DNA of 64,000 nt from NCBI GenBank assembly GCA_031553495.1, contig JAVBLN010000045.1, positions 10,174 to 74,173 of the forward strand. Reading direction: 5' to 3'. The notes beneath the pieces are model-generated. The model ran no database searches, was not told the DNA's origin, and was given only the letters and a program-made list of their open reading frames with translations. This document shows, piece after piece, positions 25,406-34,253 of the stretch. The position numbers were made by a program, and so were the translations under genes. Numbering within the stretch: position 1 is the first letter of the stretch; every line of letters starts with the position of its first letter. The stretch comes from Flavihumibacter sp. (lineage in GTDB: Bacteria; Bacteroidota; Bacteroidia; Chitinophagales; Chitinophagaceae).

Positions 25406-26206
25406 TCACCTCAGTACACCATTTTCAACATTTAATTCTTTTAATAGTTCATCCAATATTTTTTCCTGTAGTACCAGTTTAGTATCTATAAAACCATGAG
25501 CCTGCAACCATACATTTATCATTACTTTATATCCATCCGGTTCTAATGATGATATTCCGATCCTGATATCAGGATCTTTCAATACATTCTTGTGCTCAGA
25601 CAAAGTTCTTTGCAACACATCCTTCACTTTGCTATAAGCAATGCCATAATTGAATTTCATTTCCACATCCAGCCTTCGCTTCCCTTCCATGCTTGTATTC
25701 ACAATCACTTCATTGGAAAGTTTGCTGTTTGGAATAATTACGGTTCTGTTATCAAAAGTTAATACTACAGTATAAAAAATTTGAATGGAGGTTACGATAC
25801 CCGATTGTCCTTGAGCTGTAATATTATCACCAACACGATATGGTTTTAGGAGAAGTATAAGAATGCCACTCATGAAATTTTGTAAAGTACCCGACAACGC
25901 TAAACCCGCTGCTACACCAAATGCACCGATCAACGCTGTAAAGATAGTAACCTTCACGCCTACTATATCCATCAATGCGAAAATCATCAGAAGCTGCAAC
26001 ACAATACTAATAAGGCTCAGCAAAAAAGGTTGTAATGTAGCATCTACATCTTCCTTTATCATCAGCTTTCTAATCCACCTTCTCAATAAACGTATTAGCC
26101 ACTGTGCGATAATAAATATAACAACAGCCAATAAAATTTTCCCGCCATGCAGTAATATCCAACTTTTAAAAACAACAAACATTTCATCCAATTTCATTTT
26201 ATGCAT
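25406..26206 (-). CDS. Small-conductance mechanosensitive channel (MscS family)
   Basis: 266-aa ORF. Three N-terminal TM helices followed by the MscS beta-domain (LKPYRVGDNITAQGQSGIVTSIQIFYTVVLTFDNRTVIIPNSKL). Confidence 0.8.
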   Translation of the reverse strand: MHKMKLDEMFVVFKSWILLHGGKILLAVVIFIIAQWLIRLLRRWIRKLMIKEDVDATLQPFLLSLISIVLQLLMIFALMDIVGVKVTIFTALIGAFGVAAGLALSGTLQNFMSGILILLLKPYRVGDNITAQGQSGIVTSIQIFYTVVLTFDNRTVIIPNSKLSNEVIVNTSMEGKRRLDVEMKFNYGIAYSKVKDVLQRTLSEHKNVLKDPDIRIGISSLEPDGYKVMINVWLQAHGFIDTKLVLQEKILDELLKELNVENGVLR

Positions 26207-26485
26207 TTTTAAAACTTTGCATAAAATATTGCGCCTTAAATTGTTTTAACCGAAACAATTAAATGATAAAATCGAGCATTATATCATTTGTAGAAATTTT
26301 GGGACAATTAAAAGAGTTAAAAATTGAAAGTTGAAAGTGCTGGTAATATCTAAATGAATTCACTCAAAACTCATTACTCATAACTTTTTTGAAACCGGCG
26401 ATATTGCTACTATTAAGCATCGTTGTGTCACTCACTTGTGCGGTTGTAATACTATTGGGCAATTTGGTTGTTGGTTGTTGGCGTT

Positions 26486-26589
26486 TAACCACAAGGGACA
26501 CGACAAGAGGCACAAAGGCCACAAGGATTGGTAGCAATTCAGCCTACCCTTGTGTGCCCTGTGCTTCCCTTTGTGGCCCTTGTGGTTAA
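26486..26589. repeat. Long imperfect hairpin built from CACAAGG-type oligo repeats
   Basis: TTAACCACAAGGGACACGACAAGAGGCACAAAGGCCACAAGG - 21 nt - CCTTGTGTGCCCTGTGCTTCCCTTTGTGGCCCTTGTGGTTAA. The outer 13 bp are perfect and the inner arm is about 70 percent complementary. Confidence 0.8.
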
Positions 26590-26620
26590 AACACTCATAA
26601 CTCAACTCATCTCTCATACT

Positions 26621-26667
26621 TTAAAAACAAAACTGCAAAATTTGAGATTAACACAAATTTTGCAGTT
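26621..26667 (-). terminator. Rho-independent terminator of the TlpA-like gene, located distal to a repeat unit
   Basis: On the minus strand: AACTGCAAAATTTG-9 nt-CAAATTTTGCAGTT (14-bp perfect stem) followed by TTGTTTTTAA. Repeat unit 26681-26758 lies between the stop codon (26778) and this terminator. Confidence 0.7.
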
Positions 26668-26777
26668 AAACTTTTCAGGGCTCAATAGCTATTCTACAGA
26701 TGAACGGAGCGTCGCAACCGAAGCCTCATCAGGGCGCTACCGCCGGCCCCATAATAACAATTTTAAAACATCAGAGG

Positions 26778-27995
26778 CTATTTCAACACCTCTGCCAGTT
26801 TGTCCTCAAGATCTTTACCACGCAATGATTCAGCAATTACTTTCCCCTGCGGATCAATTAATATGTTATAAGGAATTCCTCTGAATTTATAAGTATTCAC
26901 GGCAGCGCTCGCCCAAAATTTCAGGTCGCTCACATTTGTCCATTCCAATTTGTCATCTTTAATTGCCTGTTGCCATTGGTCTTTTTCTTTATCAAGAGAT
27001 ACACCCAGTATGGCAAAATTCTTTCCTTTGAATTTGTTATACGCGTCCACCACATTCGGATTTTCCGCACGGCACGGCCCGCACCAACTTGCCCAAAAAT
27101 CTACTAACAAATATTTTCCTTTGAAATCCGAAAGAGATATCATTTTCCCATTGCCATCCGGCAATGATAATGAGGGAGCGCTCTTCCCAACCCATGAAGT
27201 CTCATCTTCTTGCATCTTACGCTCTTTTTCCGCGAGAATTTGCTGTTGGTCGTATGTGGCTTTCAACTGAGTAAGCGGCTTATACTCAGGAAATTTTTTC
27301 ACTGTCGCCAGCAACGCTTTTTCAAATTCATCTTTTTGAAATGATCGGGAAGTATAGCTGAGAACAAACAAACTTACAACAGGATTTGAGGAACCTGTAA
27401 GCGAATTATTTAGGAAAGTATTTAGTGAATTAATTTCTTCGTTTTTCTTTTGTGTTGTAGCAATAATCAAACTATCGGATGCGGCATTCTTTTTTAAGCT
27501 GTCAACTGTGGCAAATGCTCTGTTAACAGCAAAGAGTTTTTCCGAATAAGATTTCATAAAATCATTTAATTGCTGACTGGCCACCGATTTGCTTACCTGG
27601 CAATAATTTGTATGCTGCGAAAAATCAATATTCACAGTCATTTCTTCCACATCATTCACTACCAGCACCATCGGACCATTTTCTACCAATATCTGGTAAA
27701 GGTTTTCCTGTGCGCTGCTTCCTTTCAATGTAAACGATCCTGAGGTTTCTTTTATCATTCCGCTATCCAGCAACACCGGCGTTTGTTCTTCACCGTAAGG
27801 TATTTCTTCCAGCGTTACTTTTAACGGAACGGCCTTGCGGGCACTATCTGAAAAGCTGCCTGCCTGCCATAGTTTATCGGCGTTTTTATAATTCACTGTT
27901 ATCTTAAACGCGTCGCCTTTTTTGTGCTTGCACGCAATTGAAAACAGCATCACGAAAGAGGTAATTACAAGGATTGTTTTTTTTAGTAATTGCAT
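26778..27995 (-). CDS. TlpA-family thiol:disulfide oxidoreductase lipoprotein (DUF4369-like N-domain + thioredoxin fold)
   Basis: 405-aa ORF. Lipoprotein-like signal (LFSIAC) and a C-terminal thioredoxin fold with the active site FWASWCGPCRAENP. Confidence 0.8.
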   Translation of the reverse strand: MQLLKKTILVITSFVMLFSIACKHKKGDAFKITVNYKNADKLWQAGSFSDSARKAVPLKVTLEEIPYGEEQTPVLLDSGMIKETSGSFTLKGSSAQENLYQILVENGPMVLVVNDVEEMTVNIDFSQHTNYCQVSKSVASQQLNDFMKSYSEKLFAVNRAFATVDSLKKNAASDSLIIATTQKKNEEINSLNTFLNNSLTGSSNPVVSLFVLSYTSRSFQKDEFEKALLATVKKFPEYKPLTQLKATYDQQQILAEKERKMQEDETSWVGKSAPSLSLPDGNGKMISLSDFKGKYLLVDFWASWCGPCRAENPNVVDAYNKFKGKNFAILGVSLDKEKDQWQQAIKDDKLEWTNVSDLKFWASAAVNTYKFRGIPYNILIDPQGKVIAESLRGKDLEDKLAEVLK

Positions 27996-28016
27996 TATTT
28001 TGTTTTATCGTTAAAG

Positions 28017-29468
28017 TTATTGATTCAATTTTTCAGTTAGCATTTGTGTGGCCACTTTAGGATCAGCTTTACCTTTCGACACTTTTTTCACTTCTCCCAT
28101 AAACAAACCGATCAGGCCCTTTTTCCCTTTTTTATACTCAGCTACTTTATCCGGCATTTTTGCCAGCACTTCATCCACCCAGGCAGCTATATTGTCAACA
28201 TTCGATTCCTGCAATAAGTTCAGCGACGTTGCAATTTCCAAGGCATTGGCTGCATTTCCACTTAACATTGCCGGAAATATTCTTGATGCCGCTATAGAAA
28301 AACTCACTTTCCCACTTTCTACCAATTCTATAACCTGGGCAAGTTTTTCAGGCTGCAAGGTAAAATCTTCAATGGTAATATTGTTTTCTTTCAGATTAGA
28401 TTTTACAGGCCCCAGCAACCAGTTTGCCGCAGGCTTAATATGAGCTGTACATTGTATAAGCTTTTCAAAATATTGAATGGTTCCGCTATCATCGCAAATC
28501 ACCCTCGCGTCATACTCTGAAAGGTTTAGATCCTTCATGTATTTGGCTACCAATGCTTCAGGCAAGGGCGGCATGGCCTGTTGCACTTTTAAAAGTTCTT
28601 CTTCACTTACAATGAATGGCGGCAAATCGGGGTCCGGAAAATACCTGTAATCATTTGCTTCCTCTTTCGTGCGAAGCGCAAAGGTAGTGTCATTAGTGGC
28701 ATCAAAGCTACGTGTTTGTTGTATAATCTTTTCACCTTTTTCAACCAACTCAATCATTCTGTCTACTTCGTAATCAATGGCTTTTTTTACATTACGGATT
28801 GAATTAAGATTCTTGACCTCCACTTTGGTGCCAAGTTTTGTTTCGCCTCTTAATCTTATTGAAATATTTGCATCGCAGCGCAAACTGCCTTCCTCCATAT
28901 TTCCATCGCACACATTAAGATAACGCACAAGTTTGCGCAGCTCGGTTACGTAAGCATACGCCTCTTCGCTGCTATGCAAATCAGGCTCTGACACAATTTC
29001 TACCAGGGGTACTCCGGCGCGGTTTAAATCGATACAGGTATTTTTTTCATCAAGGTCGTGAATACTTTTTCCGGCATCTTCTTCCAAATGAATGCGGTTT
29101 AGTTTTACATTTCTTTTCCCTTCGGAAGTGCGTATTTCCACGTAACCACCTTTACATATAGGCGTGGTATGCTGCGAGATCTGGTAACCTTTCGGCAAAT
29201 CAGGATAGAAATAATTTTTCCGGGCAAAATAATTTGTGCGCTCAATTTCGCAACCACAAGCCAATCCCAGCTTTAAAGCGAGTTCCACAGCTTTGCGATT
29301 CAGCTTAGGCAATGAGCCGGGATAAGCCAGGGCAATAGGACTAATATGCGTATTGGGCTCACCGCCAAACGCAGCGCTGTCGCCACTAAAAAGTTTGCTC
29401 TCAGTAAGTAATTGAGCATGAACCTCTAATCCAATCACCACTTCGTACTTGTCTCTGCCTTGTATCAT
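28017..29468 (-). CDS. gatB: Asp-tRNA(Asn)/Glu-tRNA(Gln) amidotransferase subunit B
   Basis: YEVVIGLEVHAQL, NRAGVPLVEIVSEPD and a GatB/YqeY C-domain. The track start 29513 adds 15 residues; ATG 29468 (MIQGRDKYEVVIGLEVH) is the conserved-type start. Confidence 0.95.
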   Translation of the reverse strand: MIQGRDKYEVVIGLEVHAQLLTESKLFSGDSAAFGGEPNTHISPIALAYPGSLPKLNRKAVELALKLGLACGCEIERTNYFARKNYFYPDLPKGYQISQHTTPICKGGYVEIRTSEGKRNVKLNRIHLEEDAGKSIHDLDEKNTCIDLNRAGVPLVEIVSEPDLHSSEEAYAYVTELRKLVRYLNVCDGNMEEGSLRCDANISIRLRGETKLGTKVEVKNLNSIRNVKKAIDYEVDRMIELVEKGEKIIQQTRSFDATNDTTFALRTKEEANDYRYFPDPDLPPFIVSEEELLKVQQAMPPLPEALVAKYMKDLNLSEYDARVICDDSGTIQYFEKLIQCTAHIKPAANWLLGPVKSNLKENNITIEDFTLQPEKLAQVIELVESGKVSFSIAASRIFPAMLSGNAANALEIATSLNLLQESNVDNIAAWVDEVLAKMPDKVAEYKKGKKGLIGLFMGEVKKVSKGKADPKVATQMLTEKLNQ

Positions 29469-29605
29469 AATGAAACTTTCCTTTAAACAAATTACATTAA
29501 AAATAATTTGCAAAACTATCGAATAATCAAATTATTGAATCAATGAATTAATGAAAAGGCAAACATTAGCTTATACAGCCTGCTTCACTCATTCAATCAT
29601 TTGTC

Positions 29606-29805
29606 CAACAGCATTACCACAGTTGAACGGAGCGTCGCAACCGGTGCGCAATCAGGGCTCTGCTGCCGGCTCCATTATCAAAAATCAAAAATTAGACATT
29701 GTATAAGCCTATGCAGTAAATCGCATTTTTTTTGGGGGACGAGCCGTTGTAATACTATTCAACATCGTTGTGTCACTCACTTCAACTGTAGTAATTCTAT
29801 TCATC
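29606..29805. repeat. Back-to-back pair of repeat units in R-then-F order (R 29606-29685 V2; F 29726-29805 V1)
   Basis: caacagcattaccacagttgaacggaGCGTCGCaaccggtgcgcaatcagggctctgctgccggctccattatcaaaaa ... ttttttttgggggacgagccgttgtaatactattcaacatcgttGTGTCACtcacttcaactgtagtaattctattcatc. Confidence 0.85.
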
Positions 29806-29942
29806 AATTTGTACATCCTCACTTATTGCAAACAACACAAAATTCTGAGCCCAATTATTCTATAATTCAATCATTCAATAATTGAAAAAGGGCCATGAGC
29901 AAATCAACTCATGACCCCAAAACGATAGGCTGATAAAAAAAA

Positions 29943-30968
29943 TTAAAGCGTTGCTGTTTTTAATTTCTTAGGTATTTTAACTTCAAGGTTGTGTATTTTA
30001 CCGTCCCGGTTTACTTTCACGGAAATCGAGCTTTTATCTCTGGCAGCCCGGGTCGCATTGATCAATTCATCAGTATTGGCAATCATTTTTCCGTCACAAG
30101 CAGTAATTATATCGCCTTCTTTAATACCCGCTTTTGCCGCATTTGATGAATCTTCTACATTTAAAACCTTAACACCTTTTCCTTCCTCCATATCTTGCGC
30201 TTTAATGCCCAGTCTGACGCCACCACCACCACGATACATAAAAGGCTTCATATCACCCAGGCCTCTCAATGCGTCTAGTCCATCCAGGTTTAAATCAAAA
30301 GCGCCTTCCGGAACATTATACCTGTACACATTTTCTACCTTTCTTTTACTCAATTCTGTAGTTACTCTTTGTTCTTTATTATTTCGTTTATACGTAATTG
30401 TTACTTTTTCTTCAGGTTTGTATGAACCAATAGTTTTACTTAAATCTTCCGGAGTATTAATAACCACATTATCAACTTTTGTAATAATGTCCCCCACTTT
30501 CAGACCGGCTTTTTCCGCTGCGGATCCGGGTACAACTTCGGCAATTTTTACACCTCCATCAACCTTTTCCGATTGCACGCCCAGAAAGCCTTTATTCTCA
30601 TCTTCAAAATTGAACCTGAAATCTCTTTGTATGCGGAAAGGCGAATTAGAGCCACCGGGAGGAACAGTAAAAGCGAAATCGCCGCCTTCACCATGTATAA
30701 TCACTTTTTTTCTGCGAATAGAAAGATCATCATCCTTGAACTCAGCCAGTGGCTTTCCATTTACTGTAACCACGCCATCATTTATTTCGATGGTTACCTT
30801 TTTGTTCTTGTCATCATCACTCTTTTTCTTAATGATGATTTCGTCATATTGGTTCAGCTTATCTTTATCCTTATCCGGGCTTTTTTGTTTTCCCTCTTGT
30901 GCGAAAACTGCGCCACCAATAAGAGCTGCCGCAAAAAGAGCGAAAGCCTTAGAAGTAAAATATTTCAT
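29943..30968 (-). CDS. Secreted tandem-PDZ-domain protein
   Basis: 341-aa ORF. Signal peptide MKYFTSKAFALFAAALIGGAVFAQ, then two PDZ-like segments (GVKIAEVVPGSAAEKAGLKVGDIITKVDN and GVKVLNVEDSSNAAKAGIKEGDIITACDG). The 361-aa plus-strand ORF 29989-31074 is its low-complexity antisense shadow. Confidence 0.75.
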   Translation of the reverse strand: MKYFTSKAFALFAAALIGGAVFAQEGKQKSPDKDKDKLNQYDEIIIKKKSDDDKNKKVTIEINDGVVTVNGKPLAEFKDDDLSIRRKKVIIHGEGGDFAFTVPPGGSNSPFRIQRDFRFNFEDENKGFLGVQSEKVDGGVKIAEVVPGSAAEKAGLKVGDIITKVDNVVINTPEDLSKTIGSYKPEEKVTITYKRNNKEQRVTTELSKRKVENVYRYNVPEGAFDLNLDGLDALRGLGDMKPFMYRGGGGVRLGIKAQDMEEGKGVKVLNVEDSSNAAKAGIKEGDIITACDGKMIANTDELINATRAARDKSSISVKVNRDGKIHNLEVKIPKKLKTATL

Positions 30969-31012
30969 AGATCAAAAATTTATATTAAACAAGTACGTTT
31001 TTTTTCGTAGAT

Positions 31013-31020
31013 CAAATATA
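31013..31020 (-). promoter_or_regulatory. Possible Bacteroidota-type -7 promoter box (TAnnTTTG) for the PDZ protein gene
   Basis: The minus strand reads TATATTTG, with a TTTC 18 nt upstream in place of the -33 TTTG. The box lies 45 nt upstream of ATG 30968. Confidence 0.3.
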
Positions 31021-31175
31021 GTTCATTTTATGATATACGAAAGTTTTCGCAAATATTTTTTTCTTTTTAACTAATTTTTGGCTAATTAATAATTATCAAT
31101 TAATAATTCTTACGAGTGATTGGCGGGTTGATAAGATATTTTAGAATATTTAGGATATGCATATATGTTAGTATT

Positions 31176-31277
31176 TCCAAGTATCCTACACCTTTGAGGT
31201 GTAGGATACTTGGACTTGGAAACCTATACTGATGCTAAAAGCAACAGTATAGTGCTGCAAGGCTGTAAGCCTTGCAG
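31176..31277. repeat. Three consecutive near-perfect hairpins (17-bp, 8-bp, 9-bp stems)
   Basis: TCCAAGTATCCTACACC-tttga-GGTGTAGGATACTTGGA (31176-31214); CTATACTG-13 nt-CAGTATAG (31224-31252); CTGCAAGGC-tgtaa-GCCTTGCAG (31255-31277). Confidence 0.75.
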
Positions 31278-31373
31278 AGCGTAAAAATTAGTTGATAGTT
31301 GAAAGTGCTTTTTACACTAATTGCTAGCAAAAACAAAAGCACTCATTACTCAAAACTCAAAACTCATAACTTG

Positions 31374-31458
31374 TTGAATAGCATTACTACCGTACAAGTG
31401 AGTGACACAACAGAAGCTTAATAGTAGCACTTCTGCCGGCTCCATAAAAAAATAAAAC
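31374..31458 (-). repeat. Repeat core unit, R orientation, V1 with fully compensated hairpin
   Basis: ttgaatagcattactaccgtacaagtgagtgacacaacagaagcttaatagtagcacttctgccggctccataaaaaaataaaac. The F-form hairpin is CGGCAGAAG-U-GCU-ACUAUUA-AGC-CUUCUGUUG. Confidence 0.9.
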
Positions 31459-31517
31459 TTCTGTGAGAACACGTCTCATCATTGTCATCTGTGTACCAAA
31501 ACAAAAAAACGCGATTC

Positions 31518-33329
31518 TTATTTCACCTCCTGCATGTCCACCAGTTTCTTATAAAAACCGTTGTAAGCAATCAGTTCGTCATGTGTACCGCGTTCTACAA
31601 TTTCGCCTTTTTGCAAAACAATAATTTCATCGGCATTACGAATGGTTGATAACCTATGTGCAATTACTATACTGGTGCGGCTTTGCATCATATTATTAAT
31701 TGCATCCTGCACCAGCCTTTCACTTTCCGTATCAAGGGAAGATGTTGCTTCATCCAATATAAGTATTGGCGGATTTTTCAATACCGCCCTGGCGATGGTA
31801 AGTCTTTGCCTTTCACCACCGCTCAGTTTCATTCCCCTGTCACCAATATTTGTGTTGTAGCCTTCTTCTTTTTGTACAATAAATTTATGTGCATTGGCCA
31901 CGGTAGCAGCGTTCACAATTTCATCGTGCGTGGCCTTCGGAGCGCCTAAAGCAATATTATTAGCAATGGAATCATTAAACAAAATGGGCTCTTGCGTAAC
32001 TATGCTTATATGACTTCTGATTGAGGCCAAAGCATAATCTTTAATATTCACGCCATCAATGAGCACTTCACCTTCTGTGGCATCATGAAACCTGGGAACC
32101 AGATCGGCCAGGGTAGATTTTCCCGCACCGGAAGATCCAACCAGCGCCACCGTTTTTCCCTTCTTAATAGTCAGATTAATATTCTTTAAAATTGCCGCAT
32201 CTTCATACGCAAAGCTCACATTGCGCAATTCGATGCAATCATTAAATGCAGGTAATTCTTTGCCGGAAGGGTTGTCATCAACTGTTACCGGCGCATTCAG
32301 CACTTCTTCCACACGTTCAATAGCTGCAGCGCCTCTTTGTATATTAAAAAAAGAAGTGGATATATTTTTTGCAGGATTAATAACCATTGCGAAAAGAGCG
32401 ATATATGCCAGCAAACCCGAAGCGCTAAGGCTATTTCCGCCGCCGAGAACCAGTCGTCCACCAAAATAAAGAATAATACATAATACAATTACACCTAGCA
32501 ATTCTGTAAGCGGTGATGCAAGATCGCGCCGTGCATTCATTTTTCTGCGGGTGTGAAAAAGAGCATTATTCACTTTAAAAAATCTTGTGCTTAATAATTT
32601 CTCCGCCAAAAACGCTTTGATTACACGCAATCCACTCAATGTTTCATCCATTATGGATAAACTTTCACCCAACAGTAAAGCGGCATCCTGCGATTGTGTT
32701 TTTAATTTGCGGCTTATTCTGCCAACAAGGAATCCTGTAAGTGGCAATAATATCAACAGAAAAAGAGATAACATTGGAGAAATTAACACAAGAGCGCCTA
32801 AATACCCGATTATAGTTATCGGATCTTTTATGAATCCTTCCATAGTGCCCACTATTGAAACTTCAATTTCACCGATATCATTCGTCATCCGCGACATGAT
32901 ATCGCCTTTTCTTTTTTCGGTAAAATAACCAATTGGCAGGGAAAGTATCTTGTTATATAAATCGCCCCTCATTTCTGTAACCACCGCACTTCTTATAGGA
33001 GCAGATAATAAGTTGGATAAATACAGAAATAAGTTTTTAAGAAAAGTGGCGCCAACCAAAAAGAAACAAATAATACTTAGCGCCGCTACACGCCCATTGG
33101 GCTGTTGAATAACTTTTTCAAGATAACCATTGATGAAAGACATCATACGGTTATCAGTTAAAATTTGGTTTACTGGTTGATCAGGTTTAAAGATCAAATC
33201 AAAAAAAGGCATTAACATGGAAATTGAAAACACTCCAAAACCCGTTGATAACAGTATAAACAAAAAATAAAGCAATATTTTGTCGCTATACTTCTTTATG
33301 TACTTAAAAATCCTTGAAAACTTCTTCAT
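31518..33329 (-). CDS. ABC transporter permease/ATP-binding fusion (MsbA-like exporter)
   Basis: 603-aa ORF. Six-TM ABC exporter domain, then Walker A GSSGAGKST, signature LSGGERQR and Walker B ILILDEATS. Confidence 0.9.
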   Translation of the reverse strand: MKKFSRIFKYIKKYSDKILLYFLFILLSTGFGVFSISMLMPFFDLIFKPDQPVNQILTDNRMMSFINGYLEKVIQQPNGRVAALSIICFFLVGATFLKNLFLYLSNLLSAPIRSAVVTEMRGDLYNKILSLPIGYFTEKRKGDIMSRMTNDIGEIEVSIVGTMEGFIKDPITIIGYLGALVLISPMLSLFLLILLPLTGFLVGRISRKLKTQSQDAALLLGESLSIMDETLSGLRVIKAFLAEKLLSTRFFKVNNALFHTRRKMNARRDLASPLTELLGVIVLCIILYFGGRLVLGGGNSLSASGLLAYIALFAMVINPAKNISTSFFNIQRGAAAIERVEEVLNAPVTVDDNPSGKELPAFNDCIELRNVSFAYEDAAILKNINLTIKKGKTVALVGSSGAGKSTLADLVPRFHDATEGEVLIDGVNIKDYALASIRSHISIVTQEPILFNDSIANNIALGAPKATHDEIVNAATVANAHKFIVQKEEGYNTNIGDRGMKLSGGERQRLTIARAVLKNPPILILDEATSSLDTESERLVQDAINNMMQSRTSIVIAHRLSTIRNADEIIVLQKGEIVERGTHDELIAYNGFYKKLVDMQEVK

Positions 33330-33371
33330 TGTGAATTTGCTACGTTGGTTTTATGCCGCTTCGGTATTAAA

Positions 33372-33387
33372 GCTGTAAATTTACAGC
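33372..33387. promoter_or_regulatory. Perfect 16-bp palindrome in the divergent msbA-like/rbfA promoter region
   Basis: GCTGTAAATTTACAGC, 17 nt upstream of the rbfA ATG. Confidence 0.25.
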
Positions 33388-33403
33388 GAACAAAGGTAAT
33401 ATT

Positions 33404-33772
33404 ATGGAAGAAGGAAAAAGACAAAAACAAGTGGCTGGTTTGCTAAATGAAGAACTAAATACTATTTTCCACAAATTAGGATTAAGCATGATGGATGGAG
33501 GAATGGTATCCATTTCATCAGTAAAAATTACACCCGACCTACACGAAGCGAGAATATACCTCAGCTTTTTTCAAATAAAAGACACCACAGCTACACTTAA
33601 AAAAATTACGGAGCGTGAGTGGGAAATTAAAAAAGAACTGGTTGCTAAAATAAAACACCAGTTGCGCACCATGCCCGAACTCAGGTTTTACATTGATGAC
33701 ACACTTGACTACGTTTTCAAAATGGAAGAACTGTTTAAAAAAATAAACCAGGGTGAAGAAGGGAAAGAATAG
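33404..33772 (+). CDS. rbfA: Ribosome-binding factor A
   Basis: 122-aa ORF. RQKQVAGLLNEELNTIF...VSISSVKITPDLHEARIYLSF matches the RbfA KH-like fold pattern. Confidence 0.85.
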   Translation: MEEGKRQKQVAGLLNEELNTIFHKLGLSMMDGGMVSISSVKITPDLHEARIYLSFFQIKDTTATLKKITEREWEIKKELVAKIKHQLRTMPELRFYIDDTLDYVFKMEELFKKINQGEEGKE

Positions 33773-33782
33773 TTGATAGTGC

Positions 33783-34253
33783 TCACTTCTTCACTTTCAT
33801 AAGCCTGTCATCAAATGAAATACCGGTTTCTTCAACAATCTTTATTTTAGAAAAATCCTTGTGATTGGGATTGATTAGATAATTGTTTTCATAAGGCTGC
33901 ACTGCAGACGGCACGCTCATTACAAGAAATTTTCCTTCTTCAACAAACTTATCGCCAATTTTTTGAAGCATCGCCGGAGAAGGATATTTATTCCATTGCG
34001 CGGGTAGATCTTTTGCCTGTATATATAATATATCAGATGGCGAAATATCCAACTGTATTTTTATCATGCAAAACTGCGGCATACGTGCCACCGATGATAT
34101 ATGCACCAGCGTTTCCAGCATAGCCAGCGACGGGCTTCCGGCGGTATAAAGAATATATGTACCCTTACTGTTCCATCTACCCGGGTAATTCGCTGCGCCA
34201 AAGCCTGACAAGTCTCTGCAATATTTGCAGGAGGTGATTCTAAATACTTCCAT
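33783..34253 (-). CDS. RES-domain toxin (NAD+-targeting, MbcT/Res-like)
   Basis: 156-aa ORF. GRWNSKGTYILYTAGSPSLAMLE contains the R..S elements of the RES motif. It overlaps the upstream antitoxin stop by 1 nt (TAATG at 34251-34255). Confidence 0.8.
   Translation of the reverse strand: MEVFRITSCKYCRDLSGFGAANYPGRWNSKGTYILYTAGSPSLAMLETLVHISSVARMPQFCMIKIQLDISPSDILYIQAKDLPAQWNKYPSPAMLQKIGDKFVEEGKFLVMSVPSAVQPYENNYLINPNHKDFSKIKIVEETGISFDDRLMKVKK

Larger units (their letters stand above)
26385..26758. repeat. Inverted heterotypic doublet (F 26385-26460 V1; R 26681-26758 V2) enclosing a CACAAGG-module hairpin and a terminator
   Basis: ttttttgaaaccggcgatattgctactattaagcatcgttgtgtcactcacttgtgcggttgtaatactattgggc ... 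ctcaatagctattctacagatgaacggaGCGTCGCaaccgaagcctcatcagggcgctaccgccggccccataataa. Confidence 0.9.

Noticed and set aside
26681-26758. A hammerhead-ribozyme-like CUGAUGA in the hairpin apex of V2-type units (for example GCGCCCUGAUGAGGCUUCGGUUGCGAC).
   Set aside because: The second invariant hammerhead core element (GAAA after stem II) is missing; the sequence has GCGAC there. Other copies read CUGAUCU, CUGAUUG or ACUAUUA at the same place, so the CUGAUGA match is a loop variant and no catalytic core is conserved.
29989-31074. 361-aa plus-strand ORF, longer than the annotated minus-strand gene it overlaps.
   Set aside because: It is a low-complexity Ser/Phe/Leu/Pro-rich antisense shadow of the PDZ-protein gene and has no recognisable motif. 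The minus-strand product has a signal peptide and two clear PDZ segments.
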